Assembly (NCBI GenBank): GCA_004431415.1
Contig: QPMI01000089.1
Coordinates: 337,223 to 401,222 of the forward strand
Reading direction: 5' to 3'
DNA: 64,000 nucleotides
Source: Cyanophora paradoxa CCMP329
Lineage: Eukaryota > Plantae > Glaucophyta
Position numbers and translations under genes: made by a program. Below, piece by piece: positions 12,891 to 25,394 of the stretch (positions are counted from its first letter, which is position 1; each line of letters opens with the position of its first letter). The notes beneath the pieces are model-generated. The model was not told where the DNA came from, searched no databases, and worked only from the letters and a program-made list of their open reading frames with translations.

Positions 12891-13601
12891 ATGGCGGTGA
12901 GGGCGCTCCCTTGCTATGCCCGATAGGGGCCCGCTGATCGCGAGATAGCACGCCAGCCGACTTAGGCTTTCTTTTGCGCGCCCGTAGTAACCCCCCGGTC
13001 GCGTAGGACAAGACGTGCACCATCCGCACTCGGAAGTTCATGACCAACCGGCTCCTGAACCGGAAGCAGTTCGTGCGTCAGATTCAGCTTTGCCTGAGCG
13101 GTCGCCGCGCGTCGCGCTCCAAGGCCTCACACGCGCCATTCGCTCGCGTAGGTCATCGATGTGCTGCACCCCGGCCGGGCCAACGTGTCCAAGAACGAGC
13201 TCCGCGAGAAGCTCGCTAAGATGTACAAGGTCGACGACCCGGCCCGCGTCCTCGTCTACGGCTTCCGCACTGGCTTCGGTGGTGGCAAGTCCACCGGCTT
13301 CGGCCTGATCTACGACAGCGTGGCCTTCGCCAAGAAGACCGAGTCGAAGTTCCGCCTTGTCCGCGTGCGTTCCACCCCGCCCAGCTTCCCGCAGCGCGCC
13401 AGCCACAACCCGCTCCCGATCGCCGACCTCGCGCCCGCCCCACTGTGTCTGATTGTCTGACCGCGCTCCTTTTCTCGCACACAGATCGGCATGGGCGAGG
13501 GCAAGCCGGGCGGCCGCAAGCAGCGCAAGGAGCGCAAGAACCGCATGAAGAAGGTCCGCGGTGTGAAGAAGGCGAAGGCCGCGACCGCTTCCAAGAAGTA
13601 A
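12891..13601 (+). CDS. RPS24: 40S ribosomal protein S24 (eS24), 4 exons
   Basis: ATGGCG|gtgag, then [22 protein letters not shown]|[25 protein letters not shown]...[20 protein letters not shown]...[19 protein letters not shown] at 13599-13601. Confidence 0.97.
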
Positions 13602-14379
13602 GCGGCTCACGGCCAACGCGGAGAGCTCAGCAGCTAGTAGCACAGCTAGCGCAGCTCAAGCCGCGCGACCAGCTTTCTCCGGATTCCGCCCCGGAGGAGC
13701 ACAGGGGTCATCCCAGGATCGGCGTGCAGTCTCCCGTTTCGAGTTTCAAGCAGCTTCGCACAGCTGCTGTCACCGCTTCGCTTGTTCCGTCACCTTCTTG
13801 TTACGAAGCGAATGCGGCCTTCCCAGATGCGACTTCTACAGCCTGGACCTCCGAGCTCGCCTTTGGAGCCGCCGGCAAGGGGATTACGGGCTTGGAGCAC
13901 AGATGCACGCCGAGAGTGCGCCTCCTGCTTTTGTTCTGGGCACGAAACCGGGGTGCGCGTTCTAGATCTAAAGCTGCGGCTGGACACGGTGCACGTAATC
14001 GCCATGGCACCTGCGCCCCCCTTCTAGAAAGCTTGCAATTGGCAGTGGCAGTCGCAATGCCCTTGTGCAGCTGGCGCCGGCCGCCGTGCCCGACTCGCCG
14101 CGACGGAGGATTGAGGGATTCGAGTTGGGCGCCGGCCCGCGCCTGCTCTGTACATGTGCAAGCGCAGTGCAAGCTGGCGCCTGCTGCCGCTAAGGGGCCC
14201 AGCGGTCGATGGCCATTCAGAATTCTTTGGGCCGCATCGTGGACGCGCTAAGCACAGCGCAATAGCCCCAACCCGGCCGGACATGCATATGCACGTACAG
14301 GCGCGCCGCCACGCCCGGGCCGGGGGGTAGGGGGTCGGGAGCGAGCCTGCGTCAGCGGCCCGGAGCTCGAGGCCTCAGG

Positions 14380-15910
14380 ATGCTCAGCTTCGTGGCCGCG
14401 GGCCTCGCGGCGCGCAAGATGCGCGGCATGCAGCTCTCTGCCAACGCCCTCGCTCGGCCGCAGCGGGGTCTGTGCAGCGTCCAGCGGCTCCAGCCTCGCC
14501 CGAGCTTCCTGGGCCAACGGCACGCGCTCGAGCGTGCGTGCACGAAGCGCTTACATAGCCTACGTCTCACTCGTGCGACCCCGCTGCGCGCAGATCGGGC
14601 GCTAGGATTCGGCCCCCGTGTGCAACGAACCGCCGCGCTCAGCGTGAGGGCCGCCGCGAGTACACGCGCGAAGCTAACCTACGAGCTGCCGAAGATCGTT
14701 GGACACCGAGGAGCGGCCGCGATCGCACCAGAGAACACGCTGGCGGGACTCCGGAAGGCGGCAGAGCTCGGCTGCAAGATGGTGGAATTCGACGTGAAGC
14801 TTACGCAGGACGGCCGCGTCATCTTGTTCCACGACCATCTCCTAGAGCGGTGAGCTCAGTCGCTGCGCCGCTGCTTGCGCTTGCGCCAAAGACAGGCGCC
14901 GCCGACCGGATCAAATCGATATCAGGACGACGGACGGGAAGGGCGACACGCGGAATCTCACGCTGAAGGAGATTCGGGACCTAGACGCGGGCTCGCACTT
15001 TCACGCGGATTTCGAATCCGAGCGCGTCCCGACGCTCGAGGAGGCGCTGGACGAGATGGTCCGTTCGCCGGCTGCACGCCTGATCCGATGAGATTGGAGT
15101 TTGATTTGAATCCAGGTCCGCCTCGGGCTCTACGCGAACGTAGAGCTGAAGCCGTGCGCCGGGACCGACGAGCCGCTCGCCGCGGCCGCCCTCGAGGTCA
15201 TCGCGCGCCGCTGGCCCCGCCACCTCCCGCCCCTCCTCCTCTCCTCCTTCGAGCGCGCCTCGCTCGCCGCCGCCGCCCGAATCTCCCCCGAGACCCCCCG
15301 CGGGCTCCTGCTCGGTGCGAATTCGAATTAAAGTTCAAATTCGAAATCGCTCGCCGCTCCGCGCCCGTTTTCTTTACACACGTGCAGAGGAGCCGCCGGC
15401 GGACTGGGCGGAGGCGGCCGAGGCCCTGGGGTGCTCCACCGTCCACACCAACCACCTCCACACCTCCGACGAGGTTCGCGTGTACCCCCCAATCCCTTCC
15501 CCCCCCCCTTGATCGCGGTGATCGCGGTTCGCGGGGCGCCAGGTGATCGCTGAGGCGACGGCTCGCGGCATGCCGGTTCTCTGCTACACCGTGAACAGCG
15601 CCCGCGAGGCGGAGGGGTACGCGATTCGACTCGCCCGCCCCTTCTGGCCCTCATACCCCCCCTCTCCCCCTCCCCCCCGCGCAGGCTGTTCCGAAGGGGT
15701 GTGGCATCCGTCTTTTCTGACTACCCCGACCTGCTCCGCCGCCGCGAGCCGGCCACGAACTCCGGTATCCATCCCGCGATAGCGCCCAGTCGCTAGCTCA
15801 CGTACCCCTCGCCCTCGCAGACGCGCCTCCCGCCTCCGGGCAGCGCCTCGACCCGCCTGCCGCCGGGTGCGGGGCGTCGGTACCCCCCGCCCTGCGCGTC
15901 CTTCCTGATT
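14380..15910 (+). CDS. Glycerophosphodiester phosphodiesterase (UgpQ-like GDPD) with an N-terminal organelle-targeting extension
   Basis: [35 protein letters not shown]|[36 protein letters not shown]. The exact 3' end is uncertain (stop at ~15782 or ~15908). Confidence 0.92.
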
Positions 15911-16364
15911 TGTGGCGCAGGGCTTCGGGCGGGGTGCAGGTACACCCGTCCTAGGCGGTCAGAAGCGGCTTTCCTGTTCCGTCCGGATTCGAACGAGCGC
16001 GCGATCCCTCAAGCTTCGATCCTGCCACGTGCTCCGCGCGCTGTTCGGACCGGCACCGGCACCGTACCCCCCTCGACCGGCCCTGCTCCATTCGCGACTT
16101 CGATTCTTCCGAACGTTAACCTCCGGCTGGCCTTCTGCCTCCAAAACCGCTCTCTCGTACCCCTTCCCTCGAGCTCCCCTCCCCTTGCTTTTTTCCGCGC
16201 CTTGCTGTTCCTTCGCGTCTTCAGATGCAAAGTCGATATACCTGCCCGGGCAACTGTACCACATAGAGATCTAGAGGGCTATAAATTTCTACATACGGAG
16301 TAAGGGCGGCACCCTACCCGCGGCGGCCGGTGCCGCGACTGCGCCTGCGCCTGCGCCTGTCTGC

Positions 16365-19300
16365 CTAAAGCTCGTACGAGCGGTTCTGCTGGCCGCCGAA
16401 GCCGGGGCGGCCCGCGCCGGCCCCGCCCTCCTGGAAGAGGGTGCGGCGTACCCCAGGCGGGCCCCCGAGGCCGCCGGCGGCCGCGCCGCCGCCGGCTCCA
16501 GGGATCCATCCCGGATCGGCGAAGGGCAAGCCACCGTTGGGCCGCGGGCCCGTCGACGCGCGCAGCGCCGAGTGGTGCGGCTGGGGGTGCGGCTGCGCGG
16601 GAGAGCCGTACCCGGGGAACGCGCCCCCCAGGAGGGGCTGCTGGGAGGGGGACGCGAAGTGGTGGGCGTGGTGCGGGCCGGAGGGTACGATGGGGGAGAT
16701 CTGGGAGAGGTTTATGGCCCCCCCGCCGGCGTCGGCGGCCGAGGCGCGGCGCGGCGGCGTCGGCGGCCGCGCCTCGGACATCGCGTGGCGGTTCTTGTAC
16801 GTCTCGCCGCCCAGCGCGCCCCGCGGGGATCGGAGGACGCGCCCGCCCAGCGCCAGGCCCTCGTGGCTCCGGTCCGAGGGCGGCGGCAGCGCCGGGTCGA
16901 AGCGCAGGCGCCGCTCGGGGCTCCCGGCGCGCCGCTGCGGACTGCCCCCCCCGCCCAGGATGGCGCTCCGGTTCAAGGGGCGGGGCGGCGTGGCCCCGGG
17001 GGGGAGGGGCGCCCCGCCCGGGCCCGAGGCGTAGGGCGCGAACGGGGACGGGTGCGTGGCGTCCAGGGCGGCGGGGAGGGCCGCCCCCGGGAGCGCGAAG
17101 AACGGCTGCTGGGGCTGCTGCTGCTGTACTCCTGTACCCCCCCGGCCCAGTCCGAGGAACTCGTCCCCCCCGAGGCGGGCGACCTCGTCGGCGGTGAGGC
17201 CGGCGGGGAAGGCGCTCGAGGCGGCCGAGCGCGCCGACTCGCCGTCGCTGTCGCTGCCCGCCGACCGCGGCACCACTGCGATCGGATTAGATGTGATCAG
17301 GTTAGAGTGTTTAGATTGGATTAGATTAGATTAGGTGAAGTGTTTCTTAAGGCTTCTTAATAGGGCGCACTGATGTATATGTTCTTGGAGAAGGGCTTGA
17401 GCTGCTGGTTGCGGAAGCGCTTGATGGGCCGCTCGCCGCTGAAGACGGTGACCCGGAAGCCCCGCCCCGAGGCCTTGGCCGCCTGCATCGCGAAGTCCGG
17501 CACCAGGAAGAACGCGTTCCCGTTGAAGTCTCCTACGAGAAAGTAAGCAACAGATAGATGAAGATCAAGATTAAGCTCGCCCTTCTTCGGTTCGCGGAAG
17601 TAGGGGACTTGGAAGCGCTGCTGCTGCGGGTCGTGGCTCGACGAGAGCCGAACCTGCGAACGAAGGGAACCTCAGCGGAGGAAGGAAGCAAGGGGGGTAC
17701 GGTGTATCGCGGGGCCGGGAGGGGGAGGGGTACGGTGTTCGCGCGCCTTGTCCCGGACCTCGAGGAGGACGATGGGGTTGGGGTACGGCGTGCGCCCGTC
17801 CTGGCCGACGATGGTGACGAGGACCGGGGCCTCGTTGAGGACGACCAGGCAGTTCGCCGTCTCCATCTGCTCGGCGCGCGCGGGATCGGGTCAGGCGGGG
17901 GCGGTAGAAAGATAGCGAGGGGTGCTATAGTGCGAGTCCTGTCCTCCAGCAAAGCTGCTACGTTATAGCACCGCCGGGGCGGTAGAAATGCGACGTCTAT
18001 AAGGGAGCGGGCGGGAGGGGGCGGTGCGCACTCGGCGGACGGTGACGAGCTCGGAGCCGATCGGCGTCCCCTCGTACGCCACCTGAGGCGCCGGAGTCGG
18101 CGCTTGGGAAGCCGCGCTTGCCAAGCGGGCTGTCTAGGCGGGCCCACTAGGCGGCTGTATTTCGGTTTCTACGCTCAGAAGGCGCCTAGGTTTCTGAGTT
18201 TCTAGGCGCCTGTCTACCGGTTAGTTTCAGATGGGGCGGACCTGGACGAGCTTCTCGCCGGGGCGGAGTCCGCCCAGCGTGAGCTCCTCGGCCCCCATCG
18301 TGTTCCGAGCGCTCGCCTCCACCTGCCCGAGGATCAAATTGCCGTGAGCGCGGGAGGATCAAATCTTCGTAAGCTTCTGCCTGTTGTCGTGAGCGTTATC
18401 GTGAACGCTATAGCTAGAGGATCGAAATGAAGGGGCGCGGCCGCGGCCTTTTTCTCTGACGGGCACGGGCTCGGGCTCGGGCTCGGCGCGCGGGCTCGGG
18501 CGCGCTCGCCTTGCCGGACTTGCGGCGTGTGACGACGACGTCGACGGGGAAGGACCAGAGGTTCCAGGGGACCACGTGGTTGTTGTACTTCACCATCACC
18601 TTCACCGCCCCGGACTCTGACGGGGGCGAGGAGGGAAGGCGTGAGCGGAGCCGAAGATAGGCCGCGGAGGTGAGCGCCGGGAGGGACGGACCGTGCGGGC
18701 CCAGGGGCCGCCCCGGCACGAAGCCCGTCGCACCCCCCGCGCTCGATCGCGTCGCGTCCAGCGCCGAGTTGTTGGCGGAGGCGGGGGCCGAGGAGGCGCC
18801 CCAGACGCCGACGTCCTTGCTGAAGGCCGCCTCGTACCCGCCCCGCGGCTGGCGCTTGGAGACGGCGAAGAGGCCGCCGCCCAGCAGGCAGAGCCCGAAG
18901 ACGCCGGCCCCGACCCCGATCCCGACTGCGAACGAAGCCTCAGAAGGCGGGAAAGGGGGGGGGGGGGGGGGGGGAGGTCGCACTCTTGGCGGGAGTGGTG
19001 AGGGGCTCGTCGGAGCCGCCGCCGGCGGAGTTGGAGGCGGGCGGCGTTGGGCTCGGGCTGGGCGTCCGCGTCGGCGGGGCGGCCGCGGCCGGCGAGGGCG
19101 TCGGGTCGGCCTCCGCGCCCCCGCGGAATCCGCCGCCGCCGCCTCCGCCCGTGCCAGTCCCCGTGCCGCCTGGGACGACGACGATAGTAGCGGGGTCCTG
19201 TCCGGCCGGGACGGGGAAGCACTGCTCCACGGCAAACGCCGAGGCGCCGGCGAGGAGGGCGTTGCAGGGGACGGAGGCGAGCGAGGCGGCGAGGGCCTGC

Positions 19301-22300
19301 GTGGAGGCGAGCGGGCCGGCGGCCGGCGGGCGCAGGCCCACGACGACGTTCACGCTGCCCTGCCAGAAGCGGACGACCGAGAGGTCGGAGCGGAGGAGGC
19401 CCGAGCCGACGGTGGCGTTGGCGGCGAGCCCCCAGAAGAGCGCGTCCAGGAACTGGTCCTGCCTCAGCTGCGTGAAGTCCGACGCGTTGCCGGTGAGCTT
19501 GTAGAAGAGGTGCGCGGCCGCCTGCGGCACGGCCGCGCGGAGCGTGCGCGGCGAGCCGGGGACGGCGCCCGGGCCCCAGCCGACGCTGGAAGCGTTCCAG
19601 GGCACGGAAAGCGAGACGGACGAGGCGCGGGGGCCGGTCGAGCTCGTCAGAGCCGCGTCCCACCTCAGGTCGACGAGGAACTCGCCCGCGGAGCCGGGCC
19701 GGGCCGGGCCGGGCGCGAGGCTCAGGACCTCGCCCGATGCAGGGGAGAGGGCGGGCACGCCCAGGTCCGATGCCAGGAGCGGGCTGAGGCCGGGGAGCGG
19801 CGCGACGGTGCAGGAAACGAAGGGGCGGGGCCCGGTGAGGAGCGACCCCTCGGCGTCCCCGCAGGAGAGCGCCGCGTCCGTGAGAGCGATCGGCGCCGAG
19901 TTGCGCTGCGGCCCGCCGCCGCCCACCGCCGCGCTCCACGAAAACGTGTACGAGAGGGTCGGGACAGAGCCCAGGAGCGGGTCGGCGGCCAGCGCGAACT
20001 CAAGGCCTCCGATAGCTGCGGCTGAGGAGGAGAGGGGCCCGGCGGAGGCGGCGGGCGGGGCGGAGAGGGCGACCGAAGCGACGTCGGAGGGGAGGAGGGC
20101 GCCGAGCGTGGCGACGAGGGAGCAGTTCGTGGCGGCTCCGCGGCGCAGGCGGGCGTGGAGGCAGGCGCCCGGGGCCCCGTCGAAGACACTTAAGGACGCC
20201 TCGGGGCGGAATCCGTCGGGGGCCAGCTGCAGGCGGAGAAGGGCGGAGGTCGCCGGCGTAGCCGGGGAGGGGCGGAAGGACCAGACGAGGGGGTCCCCGG
20301 GTACAGCCTCAAGGGATCCGGCCTCGGGCGTGGCGAGGCTCACGTTTACAACGTCGCCGGGCCGGACGCTCCCGAGGGAGGCGGTCACGTTGCAGAGCGC
20401 CGGCGCCGCCGCGGAGCGCGCCCAGCGGGGCGGGCAGTCGAGCCGCCCGTCCCACACCGCGATCGCAAAGGGCGCCGCCGAGGCGGCGGCCGAGGAGGCG
20501 GCGGGGGAGTACGCGACGGAGACGAGCGCCCGGGGGAGCGAGGCGGTCGGGGGTACGGTCACCTCGAACTGGTACCAGACGCCGGCGAGCGTGCCGTCGA
20601 GGAGGGGTACCGGGGAGGGAACGGTGGCGGCCCCCGCGGCGGCCTCGAGGAGGAGTACCCCGGCGAAGTCGTCCGGGGTAGGGCTCCCGGCGGCCGTGGC
20701 GACCGAGCAGCGGGCCGAGCGGCCGCGGCGGAGCCGCGCGGAGTCGCAGCGGACGTTCACCGCGAAGAAGTCCGTCAGGTTGAAGGCGGATCCGGGTATG
20801 GGCGCCGAGGCTGCGTCCAGGGCCGGGGCCCAGCGCACGGCGATGGCGACGGCGCCGTCGGCGAGGGGCGGCGCGCTCGCGGGCGCCGTGAAGGTGAACG
20901 CAAAGGGGCCGCCGGGGCTGGGGCCCTGGGGCACGGAGGCGGTCCCGGCCGAGGGCGGGAGGGCGTAGGGGAGGAGGTCGGCCCCCGATAGGGGCCCGAA
21001 GACGCCGGAGACGTGGATGGCGCAGGAGATGGAGCCGCCGGCCGCGATCCGCCGCCGGTCGCACGTCACCGACGCGTTCGCCACGTCTAAGAAACGGTCA
21101 GAAACGGTACGAGAAGAACGAACGAAGGGGCGGGGCGGGTCGCACCGACGAGGGCGATGGGCGGGGCGGTGAAGAGGGTGCGCCCGGCGGGGGCGACCGA
21201 GGGCGCGAGCGGGACGCTGACGTTGAGCGCCGCCGAGGGCGCCGACGCGGAGAGCGCGATCGGGAGGACGAGGTCGGCGCCCGAGGACGCCAGGGCGGCG
21301 CCGGCGGTTCCCGCGGCCGGCGGGTCGAGGGCCGGGGGCAAGACGAAGTCGGAGGGGAGGGGGGCCCCCAGGGCGGCGGCGAGCGTGCAGTTGAGCGCGG
21401 CGCCGCGGCGGGCGCGGGCGGGGCAGGAGAGGGCGGCGTCAAAGAGGGTGAAGTTTGCGGCGGGCAGGGCCGAGCCGTCGGCGGCGAAGGAGACGCGGAG
21501 CGAGGCAGAGGCGGCGGGGGAGGGGGCGTCCGAGGCGGCCGCCACGGAGAAGAGCAGGTCGGGGCCCGAGGCGGTCAGGCCCGAGACGCGGAGGACGCCG
21601 GCGGGGCTGGAGGAGATGGCGAAGTCCGCGGGGTCGAGGGGCTGGGCCCCCGCGGTGCGCTGGAGGCGGCAGGCGGCGGCCTGGCCCCGCGCGAGGCGCG
21701 CCCGGTCGCAGGAGAGCGCCGCGTCGAAGAGGGCGACGGTGAGCGCGCCCAGGCGGCCGCCGCCGACGGCCGGCGCCCAGTCCAGCGCCAGCGAAGCGTC
21801 CGAGGCGGACGAGGCGGGGTCCAGGGCGAACGAGACGGAGAGGGAGCCGTTCGCGCCTGCGAGACGGCCGCGCCGGCGGGGGCCGAGACGTCGGAGGTGA
21901 GGAGGGCCCGGAATCCGGTCGCCGCCTCGGGCGACGCGGTGCACGCGACGCTCCCGCCGCGCCGCGCCCGCGCCGCCCCGCACGAGAGCGCCGCGCTGAG
22001 CAGCGCCACCGTCGGACCCTCCGCGCTGTCCCCGGGCGACGAGAGGACGGGGCCCCCGCCCACGGCCGCCGACCACGCGACGGGCAGGCGGACGCTGCCC
22101 GAGCCGCCCCCTTGCGCCGTGAGCGTCACCGTCTGCCGGCCGGTGGCGTTAGCTAGGACGGGGGCGGGGGTTAGGTGAGGGGCGCGGACGAGGGCGGAGC
22201 CGTCGGGGGCGGCCGAGGGCGCGGAGACAGTCGCAGCCGAGGCGGGTGCGGGCGCGGGCACGTCGACGTCGCCCGCCTCGAGCGGGGCGGAGGCGGCGGC

Positions 22301-25049
22301 GCGCCAGACGGTGCAAGAGGCCTGTGCGCCCACGCGGAGGCGAGCCGCCGAGCAGTTGGCGCGGGCGTCCACGACCGAGGCGGCCACGGGCGACCCGGGA
22401 ACGGGCCCGCCTCCCACGGCGGCCGCCCAAGACACGGCCAGCGACGCGGAGGCGGCGGCGGCGTCGGGCGAGAAGAGGAAGAAGTGTAGGACCGCAGAGC
22501 CCGAGGAGGGGGAGGCCGGGGCCGGCTCGAGGTCGGCGGGGAGGAGCGGTGCGAGGCCGGCAGCGGCCGCCACGCTGCAGTTGAAGGGCAGGCCGCGCCG
22601 CAGCCGCCGCGCCCCGCACGTGAAGTTGCCCTCTGCGGGGCGCGGTTGTCGACGTCAGAGTCTGGCGAAGCTAAGTTGTCTCAGCGAAGAAAAGGGGGTA
22701 CCGAGGAGGGCGATGGGGGAGGGGAGGGCAAGGGCACCGCCCCCGGCGGCCGCCGCCCAGGGCACGGCGAGGGAGAGGGCCGGGGAGGAGGCGGAGGCGG
22801 AGGCCGTGAGGGTAAAGGAGAGGGAAGGGGAGGATCCGGCGGTGGTGGAGAGGCCGGACACGGCGGCGGCGGCGGGCGGCGAGGGGAAGGCGGAGGGCGC
22901 GGAGAGGTCGAAGTCCGAGGCGACGGCGCCGGGGATGCCCTGGAGCGCGTCGACGGAGCACGAGGTGGCCGCCCCGCGACGGAGGCGGGCGGCCCCGCAG
23001 GAGAGGCGCGCATCCATGAGGCCGACCGAGGCCGTGCCAAGGGAGGCGGAGCCGACGGGCGGGCGCCAGGAGGCCGAGAGCGTGACGGTCGCGAAGGAGG
23101 CGGCGGGCGCCGCGCGGCCCGTGAGAAGGAGCGAGGAGGAGAGGAGGGACGGGGCGGAGAGGGAGGTTAGCGCGGCGGCCGGCGAGGCGGAGACGTCGAT
23201 GTCGGAGGGGAGGGGCGAGCCGCGCGTGTAGGCGGCCGAGCAGTTAAAGTCAGCCCCGCGGCGCACGCGCAGCGCCGAGCACGAGAAGGTCGCCGCCAGG
23301 AACGCGATCGGCAGCGCCGTCCCCGCCGGGCGCGAGGCGCAGGGGTACGCGGCGCAGGCGGGGAGGGGCGGGGGCGAGACCGCCGGGGTGGAGTACGAGG
23401 CGGCCCAGGGGAGCGAGAGGGAGGTCGAGGAGCGGGGGGATGAAGCCGGGACGGAGTACGTGAAGTTCACGAGCCCGCCGGAGGCGGCGGCGAGGGCGGA
23501 GAACGATCCGGTACCCGTCACGGGCGACTCGGCGGGGGCGCCCAGGTCGGAGGCGGCGAGGGCGGCGGGGGCGGCTCCGAGAGCGAAGGGCGCGGCGAAG
23601 CAGCGGAGCGTTGCGCCCAGCGCGAGGCGGGGCGAGTCGCAGGCGAGGACGGCGTCCAAGGCCGTTACCTGGGGCCCGGCGACGCGGCAGGCGGCGCCGG
23701 CGCCGCCGGGGCACACGGCGGCCGACCAGGCGGCGAGGGTCGAGACCGCCGCGCTCGTCTGGACGACGTTCACCGCAAACGAGAAGGCGACCGCTTCTCC
23801 CGCGGCAGAGACCGAGACGAACGTTCCCCCGGCGGCCGGGTCGGTCACGGGGGACGAGGCCACCGCAAAGTCGGAGGGGAGCAGGGCGGCCGAGTTGTGC
23901 GGGGCGAGCGTGCAGGTCACGAGGGCGCCGACGGGGGCCCGCGCCCGGTCGCAGGTCATGCGGGCGTCCAGGTACGAGAGCGAGGCGGCCGGCAGCTGGC
24001 CCAGAAGCGCCGAGCCCTGGTTCGTGAGCGTCACCGTGAGCCGCACCGCCTGTGAGCCGGACCGGTGAGGAAAAGAAACGCCTGAAACGGAGCGGAACGA
24101 AACGAAAGGGAGTGCCTGGGCGGCCTGCGTGTTCGTGCCGTAGAAGACGTAGCGGAACCACCAGCGGAGAACGAAGTCGTAGGGGTACGCCGCGTCGAAG
24201 TCGCCGCGGTCCGCCGGGTCGGCCGTGACCGAGTAGAAGTCGTCGGAGACGAGGGTACCCAGGCTCGCCTGGACGCTGCAGTTCGCCCCGTTCGAGGTGC
24301 CCACGACCACGCGCGTCCGGTCGCACGCCAGCTGCGCGTCTGCGCCCGCCCGCTCGCCTTAGCTTAGGGCGGGGGGGTACGCGGCCCGGCGGGGCGCGCC
24401 GAAGAGGGGCAGGGAGCGGAAGACGTTGTTGGCCCCGGAGGGCGTCGAGGCGAGCAGGTTGACCGAGGAGGCCGTGGCCGCCGAGAGGCCTCGGACCTGC
24501 GAGGCTGCCGTCAGGGGCGCCGCCCGGGCCTGGGATCAGCGAGCTTGCTCGCCCAAAAGGTGGCGGCGGTAGAGGTCGAGGCGCTGGACTGGGCGCTGTA
24601 GTCCAGGCTCGAGGCGTCAGGCGCCGTCGAGGCCAGGCTCACGGCCTGAAATTCCACCTGCGCGGCGCGTTCGATGCGGGGCGCCGGACAGGGGGCGGGG
24701 GCGGGGCTCGCTCGCCTGGCCCGAGGGGCTCGCCGTGACGCCCGAGAGCTCCCCGGCGCCGAACGTGCCGGTGATCGTGAGTGTGCACCGCACGCGTCCG
24801 CCCCTGCGCCAAGCCCCGCGCCGTCGGCCGCTGGCGAGAGGGGCGGCCTGAGACGAAAGGCGGAGGCGAGCGGCACCTGCTGAGGCGCGCGGGGCACGAG
24901 AAGGACAGGCCAGTGATGGCTGCATCGGCTCCAAGCCCAAGCAGCACGAGCACGGCCAGGACGACGGCAGCCAGACGCGTGGCGTATCCGCCGAGCGGCG
25001 CGGAGCCGGCGGGGCGCGGCCCCGCGTACGCGGACGGCCTCGCCTGCAT
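16365..25049 (-). CDS. Giant type-I membrane protein: signal peptide, ~16 repeats with a D-A-x-L-x-C-x3-R-x3-G-x4-C motif, SEA-like module, one TM helix, two cytoplasmic prealbumin/CarboxypepD_reg-like domains and a low-complexity tail
   Basis: Signal LAAVVLAVLVLLGLGADA. Repeats such as DAALSCDRARLARGQAAAC, DARLSCGAARLRRGAATSC and DARMTCDRARAPVGALVTC. RFWQGSVNVVV at ~19340-19372. TM FAVGIGVGAGVFGLCLLGGGLFAV at ~18860-18940. Downstream exons splice RRKSGK|VEASARNTMG...GLRPGEKLVQ|VAYEG and VTIVGQDGRTPYPNPIV...GDFNGNAFF. Confidence 0.7.
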
Positions 25050-25394
25050 CGACCGACCCCCCTCCAGGCTCGCGCCGCGGTCCGACGGTCGCTTAGCCCA
25101 AGCAGCAGGGGCGGTGAGCCATCACTCTGGCCGCTGAGGCGAGATGTACGCTGCAGAGATCGCCCAGCTGGCTCGCAGGGCGGTATCTCGGCAGTCCCGG
25201 GGCGGCGGAAGGTCCGGAAGCCGGCGAGCCGCGAGCCGTTGGGGGGGCTACCGTATGACTTTGTTGGTCGCGCTCGAATCCCGAAAGGGTCACTTAGGAC
25301 GTGCAACACCCAGCCAACCGCTCCAGCGAGCCTGGGACAGCTGGACTCCGTTTTGCGCTAGCTAGGAGATGCGGGGACACTTCTCAGCGCAGAG

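Noticed and set aside
13602-14379. ORFs between RPS24 and GDPD
   Set aside because: No motifs and atypical codon usage, so probably UTR or intergenic.
17283-17336. TTAGA/TTAGG repeats as interstitial telomere
   Set aside because: Short, irregular intronic pentamer microsatellite rather than (TTAGGG)n.
19544-24068. Long + strand ORFs over the repeat protein
   Set aside because: Antisense to a coherent repeat-bearing - strand frame that has a signal peptide and TM helix.
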